Shown here in pieces: positions 38,825 to 50,539 of a stretch of 64,000 nucleotides of DNA. A model generated the notes under the pieces. It saw only the letters and a list, made by a program, of their open reading frames with translations, was not told the origin of the DNA and searched no databases. The number at the start of each line of letters is the position of its first letter. Positions within the stretch are counted from its first letter, which is position 1. Source of the DNA: Phyllobates terribilis (Eukaryota). Made by a program: the position numbers and the translations under genes. The DNA is taken from NCBI RefSeq assembly GCF_046119375.1, contig NW_027362769.1:101804001-101868000 (forward strand), written 5' to 3'.

Positions 38825-39704
38825 TGTCAGGTGCGGGGTGTATCACACTTACTCGTAGACCGCAGGCCTCCACTGTCTCAAGGCCTCCATCTTCCAGACT
38901 CACATGACTCAGGGGACACCCAGTTCGTTATAACACACAGAAGTTACTGGACAGTTCGAGTTCATCAGATTGTAACACGCAGTATCGGGCACAAGACTTC
39001 TCATTTCTTGTTTCCTCAACACAGCACATTTTCAGCATTACTATCCGTTCCTCCTGGACTATCCCTACATTTACTGGCTCTGTCAGCCCCAGGGATTTCC
39101 CTTCCAGTTCCGCAGTGCATACGGGATCCATTATCTTCCCTTCTTCCAGGTCCATCTGCCCTGTACGCCAGACGATAAGGAACTCTTCGTAGTACCTATA
39201 TCCAGCCTTGAGCTCTGGACATTGCAGGAATGTCCGCAAGGGATCCCAGTAAGGCCTCCCTCTGCCCCGAACAATAAATCCATACTTCCACTCTCAGCCC
39301 ACTGCAACTTGAACTTGACCTTGGTTAACGAACTTCCCTATCTGACTCCTATCAGGAAGCAATCCTTTTTTACTGCAACTTTCTCCTCCCACTATGGGCT
39401 AGTCCCGAACTTTAACTATAGCTGTAGCTGACAGATATACTTTTACAAACATTATGCATTGCATTTGCATACTTCAAACATATTACACTTATAATGCTTA
39501 CCAAAGTCTATCTTACCCTATAGTCACTATTTTATATTCTAAAACCTAACCTATGTCTTACTCTATACTTACCATATCACAATCTATATCACAATACTCA
39601 CAGGACATAGTTCACACTTCACATAACACAATATATGTGCATAAATGCATGTTATTGGTGTCTTCAGGGGTAGGAATGCGACAGCATAGTCCACCACTCT
39701 TACA
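38825..39704. mobile_element. Probable solo LTR (880 bp) in FKBP7 intron 2
   Basis: TG...CA termini (TGTCAG / TTACA); flanks TGTGC and TGTGT give a 5-bp TSD with one mismatch. Confidence 0.55.
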
Positions 39705-41776
39705 TGTGTATGGCTAGCCTAAAGGTTCGTTTACATGAACTGACTGGCAGCACTAAATGACCGCTGATCAGCAACAGGCGAACAGCTATTAGCGATCTGT
39801 AATTGTTGTTAGCAGACACAGGACGATGTGCTGCCGAGAACGATGATTTCTAGTGCAGCACAAATGATCATTTCACCGGACAAATGAGCATTTTGCATGT
39901 TCACTGGGTGATCGGCAGCCTCTTTAGACTGCAAGATTATTGTTAAACGGTCGTCCCTAGGAACAATTAGAGAGTAACTGGACTAAGCTATTGCAATGCC
40001 CTGCACATGGGGTAAGCGGCATAGTTAATCAGAAGAACTATAGTACATTTCTAATTGGAGGTATTTCCTAATATTATTATTATTACACCACCTACTACAT
40101 TCTGGGATGGGATCTTGGAAATGGGAATAGCCCCAGCTATAGTTCTATGTTTTCTCCATATTGGCCATTGCCTATGCTGCTAATATACAGGGCATTACTT
40201 GTGAATCTAACCTATCTACGTGTTGTACCCTGAGCATGGGGTAGGTAACCTGATTATGCTGTGCCTGAAATAAGTCTGTTCTTCCTCTACAGTAGATTCC
40301 TTTATCCTTCACCAAAGTATCCCTGCATGCCGGGAGCGCTGGCTAACCCTATAAAAGAAAGTGCATGCAAATGTAAGTGTCTGTCCATGTATAATTCAGT
40401 AATGCTATGTGTCCGCCCTTCACTCCCGCTTCTCTAACCATGCGTTAGTATCTGCACCTTAAAGGGGGCTTCCAACATTGTGCACAAACAGCATAATCAT
40501 CAAACAATAGCAATGTATGGGCTTTGCCTTATCTCCGTAACCCCTTTATATTAAAAAAGAAGCCAACACAGCAACAATAAGATTTTTTCTCTGAACATTT
40601 TTCATACATGATGTCCTTTTTTGTTTCGGTTCCTCTGCGTCGTGTCACTGGATAGAAACATTAGTTACATCCACTATCTGGAAATGTCCATGTCAGAAAA
40701 GGTTTTCATCTTTTGGGTATAAAAAATGTTTCCATTGCCTGACAACAAGCAGAGATCCTGAAAAAGAGTGAAGACATATCATATTTTAGCATTTGTAAAA
40801 ATGTTATTATAACAATAAAAATGCTTGGAAAAAGGAAGCTGGAGAACTTATTACCGAATGACGAAGCTTTATACACGGAAGCAGTGTCTCCATCTGGTAT
40901 GCTAATTCTTTATAGTACTTGATATAAAACCGAGACATGAAAATAAGGCATGGCGCTGGATCTACATCAACTATGACCATATAATATATTTTTAGCTTTG
41001 GATATTTGCTGTTCATAATGGCAGGTGTATGAAACGACACCCACTTGTCTTCTGCTGCTCCATATGGTAAGTGAACAATGTGCTTACTGGCTTTCTTCTA
41101 GAAACCATAAAGCTTCATTTCCTCCGAAAACTGAATTAAATCCTCAGTAAGGGCTGATGCAGCCATATTCTTTTGGACGCATCATAGTACTGATGAACGT
41201 CTTTTACATTGAAGTGAATTGTTTCAAATTTCCAGCCACCCCACATCTGCAAGATTCTCTCTTGTCAGAGAGTTTAAGGAGACATGTCCTTTGATAAAAA
41301 ATTGTGTTAAATACTTTACAAAAATCACTGGGATCTCCTGATTCTGCCACTTTTTTCCGCTTTGCTCTGCGTCACTCCCTTGCAGAGATATTCACATTTC
41401 TTGCTTTTGGAGGCAGTATGTGAAATCTCTTCCTGCAGTCCAACTGTGCATTTCTCCATGGTCTTCTCTGGGGTGTGCGCTTTCACCCCTCCCTCCCGGC
41501 CTCTGCCAGTCACAACTCAGCAGCTGATCTAGCAGTCTCAGATGCAGACTGTGATTGGCAGCGTCTGGGAAGCAGGGGTGAAAGCGCACGCCCCAGAGAA
41601 GAAACTCCCAGTTGCACTGCAAGCAGAGATTTCACATGCTGCGCTCCAGAAGAAAATTGTGAATATCTCTGCAATGGATTGATGCAGAACAAAACGGAAA
41701 AAAGCAGCAGAATCAGGGGGGGAGCCCAGGAAATTTTACAAGGTATTAAATTCTTAAAGCAAGTGACACTTCTTCT

Positions 41777-42176
41777 TTAAAGGGTTTGTCCAGTGAAAAC
41801 AAGGTATCACTTATTCCCAGGTTGGAATTATATATCCACAGTGCAAACAAATTATCATCTATCCACTGGTTTGGAGAGCTCTGACTACTTGGACCCACAC
41901 CAGTCAGCAGAATGGGAAATTTTTATCCCAGAAAAGGAACTTTTATCTGCCGCTCTACTCATTCTCTATGGGCTGCTGGAAAAAGCCAAGTGCAGCGTTC
42001 ATCATCCCCGTATGAAGTGAATAGAGCAGCAGTTGGGCATCCAATGTGCCACTCCATTTTTAGGGGAATAAAATCTCCCTGTTGTACCGATTGGTATTAT
42101 TCCCTCCTGTCGGCCACCCAACGATCAACAAGTCATCTAGTTGGTAATTACTTGTTTTCCCCAGACAACCCTCTAA
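41777..42176. mobile_element. T2/Kolobok-like MITE
   Basis: TTAAAGGGTTTGTCCAGTGAAAACAAG...CTTGTTTTCCCCAGACAACCCTCTAA. Confidence 0.7.
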
Positions 42177-43403
42177 GGGTATGTTCACACATAGCGGAAA
42201 TGTGGGAAAACATTTTGCAGCGCTTCACACCAGCATATTGTCAGTCCAAGTGCTATCAGTGGAAAAAACTGACCTCACATGGACAGCAATCGGACTAATG
42301 TTATTTAATTGGGCTTTTCAGATGACCATTTTTTTATTGCACGGGCCGAATGTCCGCAGGAAAAAAATCGCAGCATGCATTACTGTCTTAAATATTTCAG
42401 ATGAGACTCCCCTATACAAGTCTATGGGTGCGCAGAAAAAAAATCGTATCCTATACGAATAAAACCCATAGCATCTGATTTTTATAGATACATTGCAGTT
42501 CTTTAACATAGAAAACTGTATTTGGTCTTGTAAATTTTGTTCACTGCTGATGTATAAAAACAGGTGCCATATGGGTGACAAACAGATGAGAAATCTCAGT
42601 TTTTTTCCGGATGAAAATCGGATGATTTTTTTTATATACTTGTGTGAACTTATCCACAAACTGCAGAAAAAAACTACAATGGAGATGTACCCGCAGTACA
42701 GATTTTAGGTCACCCTATATTAATTGATCTTGCAAATATTTTCAGCCGATTTAACTATTTACAATACACTCAAAATCCACAACAAATTATATTTAACGCA
42801 GTGCAATTTGCCATGGATTTTGTAGAAAATTCCCTAAGGGCTTAGATTCTTTCATGCGGGAGAATGCGGCTGATTCTGTTAATGACACTCCGATCAATCT
42901 GTGATTCGAGTTTGATCAGTGTCAGCTTAGTGTGATCCAATTCTCACGGATGAGTAAATCTTAGCATATTGTCAGGAGAAGATGGAGAACATCATGGTCT
43001 CCGTTCTGTACGTCCACAGAAATTGGACTGCACTCTGATGCCATCCGAGTGCAGTCCGATGATTTCCATGCACCCATAGACTTGATTGGGTGTGTGCCAT
43101 CTGCACTACAAATCACAGCATACTGTCATTTTTTTCTCAAGCTGAATCCAAATGAGAAAAAACGAATCTGATCTGCACGGTCCCATAGAATAACACTGGT
43201 CTGAGTGCAATCTGATAAAACATCGTCTAATATAGACGCTCATGAGAGTTAAAAACAATTGGCTGATTTCTTCCAAAACCAGCAGCACATCTTTCCATGG
43301 ATTGTATCTGGTAATTGCGGAATTATGAAAAAAACGAAACTTTATTTCACTTTTTTTATTTCAATTTTCAAGCTAACTTTTTTTTCTTTGTTCCCCTAAA
43401 AAG

Positions 43404-43531
43404 ACAAAATCCCACCAGATGCAACTCTGATCTTTGAAATTGAGCTATTGGGAATAAGCAAAGGACCTCGGAGTGTGGAGGCATTTCACCAAATCGATTT
43501 GGACAATGATCAATTCCTTTCTAAAGATGAG
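43404..43531 (+). CDS. FKBP7: FKBP7 coding exon 3
   Basis: (D)KIPPDATLIFEIELLGISKGPRSVEAFHQIDLDNDQFLSKDE, PPIase end plus EF-hand 1; AG/GT flanks; 128 bp. Confidence 0.96.
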
Positions 43532-43985
43532 GTACTGTACATCACTATCATTGGATAAAGCTGAATATCACCGTTATGACATTGGGTCCGTTTATTTTTC
43601 TCTTATGTAAAAAAATTAAACAAAAAGGACGTCTAAATGAGACATAATGGAAACCTGTCAGTCTGGCTATGTTGCTCTAATAAAAGATGAAATGCAGACA
43701 GATTCCCCCCAATACAAAGGACTGCAGGGGAATGTATCAAGGCAATTTAAACAGCTTCTTGTCTCCAAAATCATTCCACGATATATTTGTGCAAAAAAAA
43801 ATGCCACTTTTTGCAATTTTATGCCACTTTCGCTACTTTTGAAAAGTGGGTGTGATGTTGTTAGATATGCAAATAAGATTTTAGGCAGAATTATGAATGA
43901 TAACTTTTGAAAAGTTGCAAAAAAGTCAGAGTTCTTACTCTAGTAGGGTGATGAAGAAAAAAGTGGTAACAGTTGTAGACAAAAA

Positions 43986-44402
43986 TGTTATATCGAAAAC
44001 GGAACCAAAGTTATCAAACTGTAAAGGCTCACCAGGTGAGGTGGATCCGCTAAGCCTCTGCTTCGGGCGGGCACACGGACCCCAGGTGTTGGTGCAGCTT
44101 CCAGAGGACACATTGAATTATGGAGACCAGAACTAACTGGAAACTTAGGAGCAGATGGAGTGCAACCCAGCAGGGATGGATGTGAGTTGAAGCACAGTAG
44201 TACAGATAATGGAGTATAACAAACAAGAAACAATAGAGTCCCAATCCCAAGACACAGATCAGTGGGCCTTAAACATGTTGAGGGAGATGATGTCATTGAT
44301 CCACGTCGGGTATCCTGTAAAACCCGACGTGGAGCACAACAGAGGGCAACGGACCCAGGAGAAGGGAGCAGAGCCTGGGATACCCGGGACAGGCGTGTAA
44401 CA
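43986..44402. mobile_element. Possible solo LTR in FKBP7 intron 3
   Basis: TGTTA...TAACA termini and GC-richer than flanks; no TSD found. Confidence 0.4.
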
Positions 44403-44652
44403 CAAGCATTGCACAACTACTTTGATAAATTTGCTGCAATATAGTCATATTACTGACTTGAAATGTTCTTCTCCTAATAACCTCCATGCTATGCTTTATA
44501 GTGAAAAACTCTGGAATTCCATGGTAAACATAAAAAGATTTACTAAACAAAATGTGCCATGCCATTTTTTATTTTTATGTATTTTTAAAAATATTGAAAT
44601 TCATAGTAGTCCTTCATAAGTGCTTTAGATTGGTGGGAGTTAGGGTCCTGAG

Positions 44653-44852
44653 TAGGGATGGGCGGACCGGTGGAAGTTTCGGGTTCTGGTACCTGACCCG
44701 AACTCTCCTTCTCTCTTTCTCTCTCTTTTCTCTCTCTCCACCCTGAACATCACACCGGACTTCAGAAAAAATTCTGTGCCCGTCGTTCAGGCCTGAACCT
44801 TGACTATCCGGTAAGAACGCCGAATATTTCTGCTCTGGTTCGCTCATCCCTA
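44653..44852. mobile_element. hAT-type MITE
   Basis: TIR TAGGGATG / CATCCCTA; perfect 8-bp TSD GTCCTGAG. Confidence 0.88.
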
Positions 44853-45509
44853 GTCCTGAGACCCCCGATCTCTGAAATTGCCTTGCTGAAGCTCTCATCT
44901 TTTGCATGCGCGCACATTGGAGTACACTCTCCGTAGACTTCCCAATGACATTGCACTCAGGTATGTGTGGCCCTGAGCACTTCTGCACAATATTGTGAGT
45001 GATCGGCAGGTGTCTCAGGACCATATAATCTACAGAAAAAAATTCCAAGTGGGATGGAATGATGAAAAATATAAAATTCTACCATTTTTGGGGGGTTCCG
45101 TTTTACAGCATTCATTATATATTAAAAGTGACCTGGCAGTATGATGCTCCAGGTCACTGCGAATACAGGGATACCAAACTTGTATAGTTTTTTTTATTAT
45201 TTTAGTGGCTAAAAAATTCTAAACTGTAAAAAAAAAAGTGTTTTTTGACGCCATTTTCTGAAACACATAACCTTTGTATTTTTGATCACTTGTTATATAT
45301 CCTGCAATACCACAGTATTGTAAAGTATAATATAAATGATTTTCTTCTATGGCTGGGCTTCATAGGAGTACCAAGATGGCAGCGTGACGGCCTATAGCAG
45401 GTCGATCGAGCGTCGAGGATTTGTTTCGACATTACAATATACATATTATATTTCGGTTGAAAACGGAAATGACAGGAAAATACATTCACTTTGTTTTCTT
45501 TGCATGCAG

Positions 45510-45671
45510 ATAAGTCATTACCTAACAGAAGAGTTTAAAAAGGATGGAAAAAAGCGGGATCCTTCTGTGCATGGACGGATATTAACAGATATATTCCAGA
45601 AAAATGACCATGACAGCGATGGCCTCATATCAGCCCGCGAGTACAATGTCTATAAGCACGATGAGCTATAG
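45510..45671 (+). CDS. FKBP7: FKBP7 coding exon 4 (last; EF-hand 2, HDEL ER-retention signal)
   Basis: ISHYLTEEFKKDGKKRDPSVHGRILTDIFQKNDHDSDGLISAREYNVYKHDEL*; the four exons sum to 654 nt = 217 aa + stop. Confidence 0.97.
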   Translation: MSHYLTEEFKKDGKKRDPSVHGRILTDIFQKNDHDSDGLISAREYNVYKHDEL

Positions 45672-45723
45672 TAAATTATTTCCTTGTGTGTATAATAATT
45701 TTTCTATTTTACGGAAGAAAAAA

Positions 45724-45729
45724 AATAAA
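45724..45729 (+). terminator. Candidate FKBP7 polyadenylation signal AATAAA (another at 46572-46577)
   Basis: Canonical hexamer about 50 nt after the stop codon; usage not verifiable from sequence. Confidence 0.45.
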
Positions 45730-45794
45730 CCCGCGTTGCATTTTCAGCCAGTCGTAAAATTGGTTTCACACCATGATTTTTTACCATGGTGGAA

Positions 45795-46206
45795 TTAAAG
45801 GGTTTGTCTGGTTTGTTCAGTGAGAACACGTTATTCATGGAGTAGGTGATAACTTATTCATCGATCGGGGTCCGACTGCAGGGACTCGGACTGATCAGCC
45901 AAATGGGGCACTTTTATCCCCATTGGAATGGAGCAGTGCGGAAATGCGCATGATTGACTGCCAGTCCATTCATTCCCTATGGAGCTGCCGAGCTCAGGTT
46001 TTTCCGGTAGCCCCATAGAGAATGAATGAAGTGACTGTCGGACATGGGCACTGCAGCTCTATTCTAATAGGCTAAAAGTGTTATGGATAAATATTCCCCA
46101 TTCTGCCGATCAGTGCGGGTCCCATCGGTCATACCCGACTAATCAGTAAGTTATCACTTATCCTGTGGATAGGTACTAGCTTGTTTTCACCAGACAACCC
46201 CTTTAA
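45795..46206. mobile_element. T2/Kolobok-like MITE just downstream of the FKBP7 stop
   Basis: TTAAAGGGTTTGTCTGG...CCAGACAACCCCTTTAA. Confidence 0.72.
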
Positions 46207-46700
46207 AGGGATTTCATGAGTTCCTGACAAATTTGAAATTGGATAAAATAAACTCAAACTGGCTGGTTAAAACCCTGATGTACCGGTACTTCCACTCTGA
46301 TCCTCCTCTCCGGTCACTATTTCCTTGGCTGCATCGATGATGTGCTGCCTACCACGCGTGACCGCTGAAATCCGCTGATGGATACCACTGTGATGTGAAC
46401 ATGTCTCTAGCGTTTGTTTTACAAAGAAACTATTATAATAAAACTAATTGTATGTAAATTTATTTGCCTTATTGTGACTGCATTAAGTTGTGAGGTTACA
46501 GACCTGCCAACATTTAATTTTCTACCATTTTTCTATTAAGAATTCCATTTTTTCTGTTTATAGTTTTATTCAATAAAAAATGATATTCTGCTTAAAAAAA
46601 ACCTCAATTTTCTCATAATACAAATTCAATACATTTTTTTAAGTTTCAAAGTCCAATTGACTTCATCAGGAGACCAAAAGTCTTGTGGTTGACTTGTGGT

Positions 46701-46743
46701 TCTCCTGATGAAGCAGTCAGCTAGGCTTCGAAACGCGTAGAGA
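46701..46743 (+). ncRNA. Minimal Penelope-type hammerhead ribozyme (palindromic stem III)
   Basis: TCTC-CTGATGA-A-GCAGTC(AGCTA)GGCTTC-GAAA-C(GC)G-TA-GAGA; ACGCGT palindrome; GUA triplet ending at 46739. Confidence 0.7.
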
Positions 46744-47715
46744 TTAAACCACGAAACGCGTAGAGATTAAACCACAATACTTATTCTAATTCCTTTTCTG
46801 GGCATTCCAATTCATTAAGACGCCAGTAACGCAGAATAACCTCCTGTTCACACCATTTGATTTCACACTTGTATTTCTGGTATTTTACACCTTCATATAT
46901 TTTTAGACGCAATCCTACCCCATTATGCCCTACATGCAATATTTGTAGAGCAACGAAAGTTAACTATAATAAAAGTTTATGTATGTGCACAGTGGTCCCC
47001 ATAGTAAAAGGCATGACTAGGATTATGTATCTAGCTCTGGATATAGAAAGTGCTGAGGTCACAACCAGCCCTTGGTGTATGAGGGACCAAAAGCCCCTGG
47101 GCCACAAAATAATAGTATAGAAATACTACAAATAGCACAGTGTACCTGAGTTCACTATTAAAGATTTTTTGCATTGGCCTCCTGAATCTTTAAAGGGTTT
47201 TATCAGGATTCATTTTTCATGTGCACTGGCTTGTACTCGTTCAAAATAATAAACTGAGAGGTAACACCACCTTCCACTGCTCCAGCACTACTACTCCGCC
47301 GCTGCTCCAGTGTTTGTAGGCTGCAGCGGTGAAGTCACGACCATAGGGCATGTGACTGCTTCAGCCAATCAATGGGCTTAGTGGTCCGCAAAGTCTACTG
47401 TGGCGTCACTGCTGAGTCCAGTAATTCGCTACAATATTCACGTGTGCTGTAGTCGTGATGTCACCCATGCAGCCTTTCAAAGACAGCAGTCTTTGAAGCA
47501 GTGACGGAAAAGTAGTACTGGAGCAGTGGAAGGTAATAAGAATTCTGCTGATAATTTGGGGATCCCCAACTATTATACACTGACTTGGATTCATTGTTCC
47601 TGATGACTCCTTTAGGATAATTGTCCAATTCAGATTGATCATACTTCAGCATGTTGTATGCCAAACTTTAAAGGGAGTAAGTTAAAGAGGACCTCTCACT
47701 GGAATTTTTGATTTA

Positions 47716-47917
47716 GGCCACGGCCCCACTATCAGTATTTGGTCAGTATTTTTTCTCAGGAGTGGGAGACAAAACCAGGAGTGGGTGATAAATGCAGAAT
47801 TGGTGACTTGTTTCTATTATACCTTTTCTCTGATTGTTCCTCATCTGGTTTTGGCTCCAACTCCTGAGAAAAAATACTGACCGAATACTGACCAAAACTG
47901 ATAGTGGGGCCATGGCC
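47716..47917. mobile_element. PIF/Harbinger-type MITE; related palindromic MITEs occur at about 6720-7490, 18220-18400, 42180-43220 and 61240-61660
   Basis: TIR GGCCACGGCCCCACTATCAG / CTGATAGTGGGGCCATGGCC; 3-bp TSD TTA. Confidence 0.75.
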
Positions 47918-47960
47918 TTAAGATGAGTATCTCCTCCAGTTGGTGCTTCTCCACCGATTT

Positions 47961-48525
47961 TGACTTAGGATAAAAGCCAAACCAGAATCTCAATTTGGGA
48001 TTTATTGCCCCTCCTCAGTGAAAATCGTTTTTGTTTTTGCAAACTGATTCTGGAAGAGTTTTCTCTTTTTCTTCTGTGCCCCTCTGTTCAAAAGTCATGT
48101 CCCCAAGTAGTCATGGCGAAAAATTTCCCTTCAACCAACTGGACGTATACAGCAGACCTTCTCTGTGGGTGTGTTGCTTCTTCTCTGACACTGCATAATC
48201 AAAACACCTGCCCACAGAGAAGAACTACGGTATACGCCAATTTGGTAGAATTTTTAAGAGCAGGGGGTATAACTTTGAAACAGAGGGGCACAGAAGAAAA
48301 TGAAAAACTTTTCCAGAATCAGTTTGCAAAACCAAAAATGATTTGCACTGAGGAGGGGCAACACCCTGAAACACCGTGTCTGCAAACTGAAATTCTGGTT
48401 TGGCTTTTATCCTAAGTCATATTGCAAGGCTCGTTAAAGGGTCAATATTGACTTGTAGGATTGTTGCTTTCAATAGGTGGCGCTAGAGTTCAAGTCCTCT
48501 TCCTCTCTGAAGAGGCAATTTGCAC
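47961..48525 (+). mobile_element. Hammerhead-bearing repeat copy (48341-48525) with a diverged inverted duplicate (47961-48112)
   Basis: Arms 47961-48112 and about 48261-48420 are reverse complements; the minus-strand copy lacks the GAAAC half of the ribozyme. Confidence 0.8.
48342..48386 (+). ncRNA. Type I hammerhead ribozyme with complete catalytic core
   Basis: TTTGCA-CTGAGGA-GGGG(CAACA)CCCT-GAAA-CA(CCG)TG-TC-TGCAAA: stem I 6 bp, stem II 4 bp (G.U closing), stem III 3 bp, GUC cleavage triplet ending at 48380. Confidence 0.85.
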
Positions 48526-49189
48526 AGGTACTTATAAACATGTCAACCATAAAGTCATTATTAAATCTATTTTAATGGGACATGGCTGATAAAGCACAGA
48601 CATACCACTTCAAAAGTACATCGATAACAGTAAAAAAGTAGAGTACAATGGAGTTCATGTGACATAGACACCAATGAGCAAAAAAAGTATTGCTAAAGAC
48701 TTAGTGGGGTTCACATAATTTGGAACATAACAGGGCTCATGTATCAACAGAAAAAAATGAAAAATAACTCAAATAAAACTGCACTGTGATTGTCCAAATT
48801 ATCTGATAAAGGAACACAAAAAGACAACTGGCTGCAGCTGGAGCCTCCCTGCTGTGCCCTGTCTGCAGAAGGACAAAAAGTGTCTAAGCCTCGCCCCCTT
48901 GACTTAAGGGTTGAGCTTCTTCAGGGCTCCAGCTGAAAATGGTACTGATTAGCATGAGAATAACTCATGTATTGTCTGCAGGATTTCTACAAGACTGTTT
49001 CAGGATTATACAGAGGACAACTATATTTTTTGTTAACATTAATTTCTAGGTTTATTGTTTAATCTTGATACATTATCCAAAATATATGAACCCCACTAAT
49101 CTAAGTCCTTAGACTCTATGTGTTTATTATGGTTTTGCACAATGACTGAAAGTCCCATACACTTTGGATTAAAGTCGTCCAAACCCACC

Positions 49190-49865
49190 AATTTTGGTCT
49201 GGACCGTTGACTATCTAACGTGTTCGGGCGGCCTCCGAAACCAACAATTTTGTTCTGACCGGTTGACTATCTAACATGTTCGGGTGGCCTCCGAAACCAA
49301 CGATTTTGTTCTGACCGGTTGACTATCTAACGTGTATGGGCGGCCTCCGAAACCAACGATTTTGTTCTGACCGGTTGACTATCTAACATGTTCGGGCGGC
49401 CTCCGAAACCAACGATTTTGTTCTGACCGGTTGACTATCTAACGTGTATGGGCGGCCTCCGAAATCAACGATTTTGTTCTGACCGGCTGACTATCTAACA
49501 TGTTCGGGCGGCCTCCGAAACCAACGATTTTGTTCTGACCGGTTGACTATCTAACATGTTCGCGCGGCCTCCGAAACCAACGATTTTGTTCTGACCGGTT
49601 GACTATCTAACGTGTATGGGCGGCCTCCGAAACCAACGATTTTGTTCTGACCGGTTGACTATCTAACATGTTCGGGCGGCCTCCGAAACCAACGATTTTG
49701 TTCTGACCGGTTGACTATCTAACATGTTCGCGCGGCCTCCGAAACCAACGATTTTGTTCTGACCGGTTGACTATCTAACGTGTATGGGCGGCCTCCGAAA
49801 CCAACGATTTTGTTCTGACCAGTTGACTATATAACGTGTATGGACGGCCTCCGAAACCGTCGATT
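49190..49865. repeat. 56-bp minisatellite, about 12 units, inside a MITE-like element (~49150-50050)
   Basis: CCGAAA recurs every 56 bp from 49235 to 49851; unit CTGACCGGTTGACTATCTAACATGTTCGGGCGGCCTCCGAAACCAACGATTTTGTT. Confidence 0.95.
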
Positions 49866-50539
49866 TTGGGTGGAATCACAGTGCCTGACACTCTTGCACC
49901 CCCAGAGGTGTCTGGCGATAGATTTCTTCCCCCTGTCCACCTTGTATACACATGCATGCTTGGCCGAGCTTGGCACACATGTGTATCAGGGAGTCGGTAG
50001 CTGTCGGCCAAACAAGTGCTCAGCCGACCCCTATCTAAGTTGTATGGGTGTAAGGTCACATTGACAAACTGGGAACACATTTGACACTGGAAAAATCAGG
50101 TATGTGGGTCAATCCGTACCCTATGCTTCATTCCTAATACATACACTGCAAGGTTTGTCTTCATCATCTAAGCTGAACTAAAAGCACCTGCACAAAAACA
50201 AGAGGAAATGTCCACATTCAAGAGGTTGTTAGGAGCATGTCTAGATCTCTTTTTATTATAAAGTAACATCTCAAAATGTGGTCCCTAAATGCTGTTATTA
50301 CAGACCGGGACTGAAGGAGTGGGGGTGGAATCATTTTCTTATAGTCGGGTGAACACCTACAATATGTCATGAATAGATGGACAAAATATAGGTGAAAAAA
50401 AAGTGCCCCCTACCCTAGAAATCTGTGCGTGATGTCCAAAACAAGACTATTTTAGAACATTAGATCTTGTCTAGTAATATTTTTTAGTGACTTATATATG
50501 TGGATGTATAGACTATATGGATAAAGGTATTAGGAGGAC

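Noticed and set aside
49190-49865. CRISPR-like regular repeats, and a GAAAC...CTGA hint of a hammerhead in each unit
   Set aside because: Head-to-tail units with no unique spacers in a eukaryote; CTGACCGG does not fit CUGANGA and no stems form
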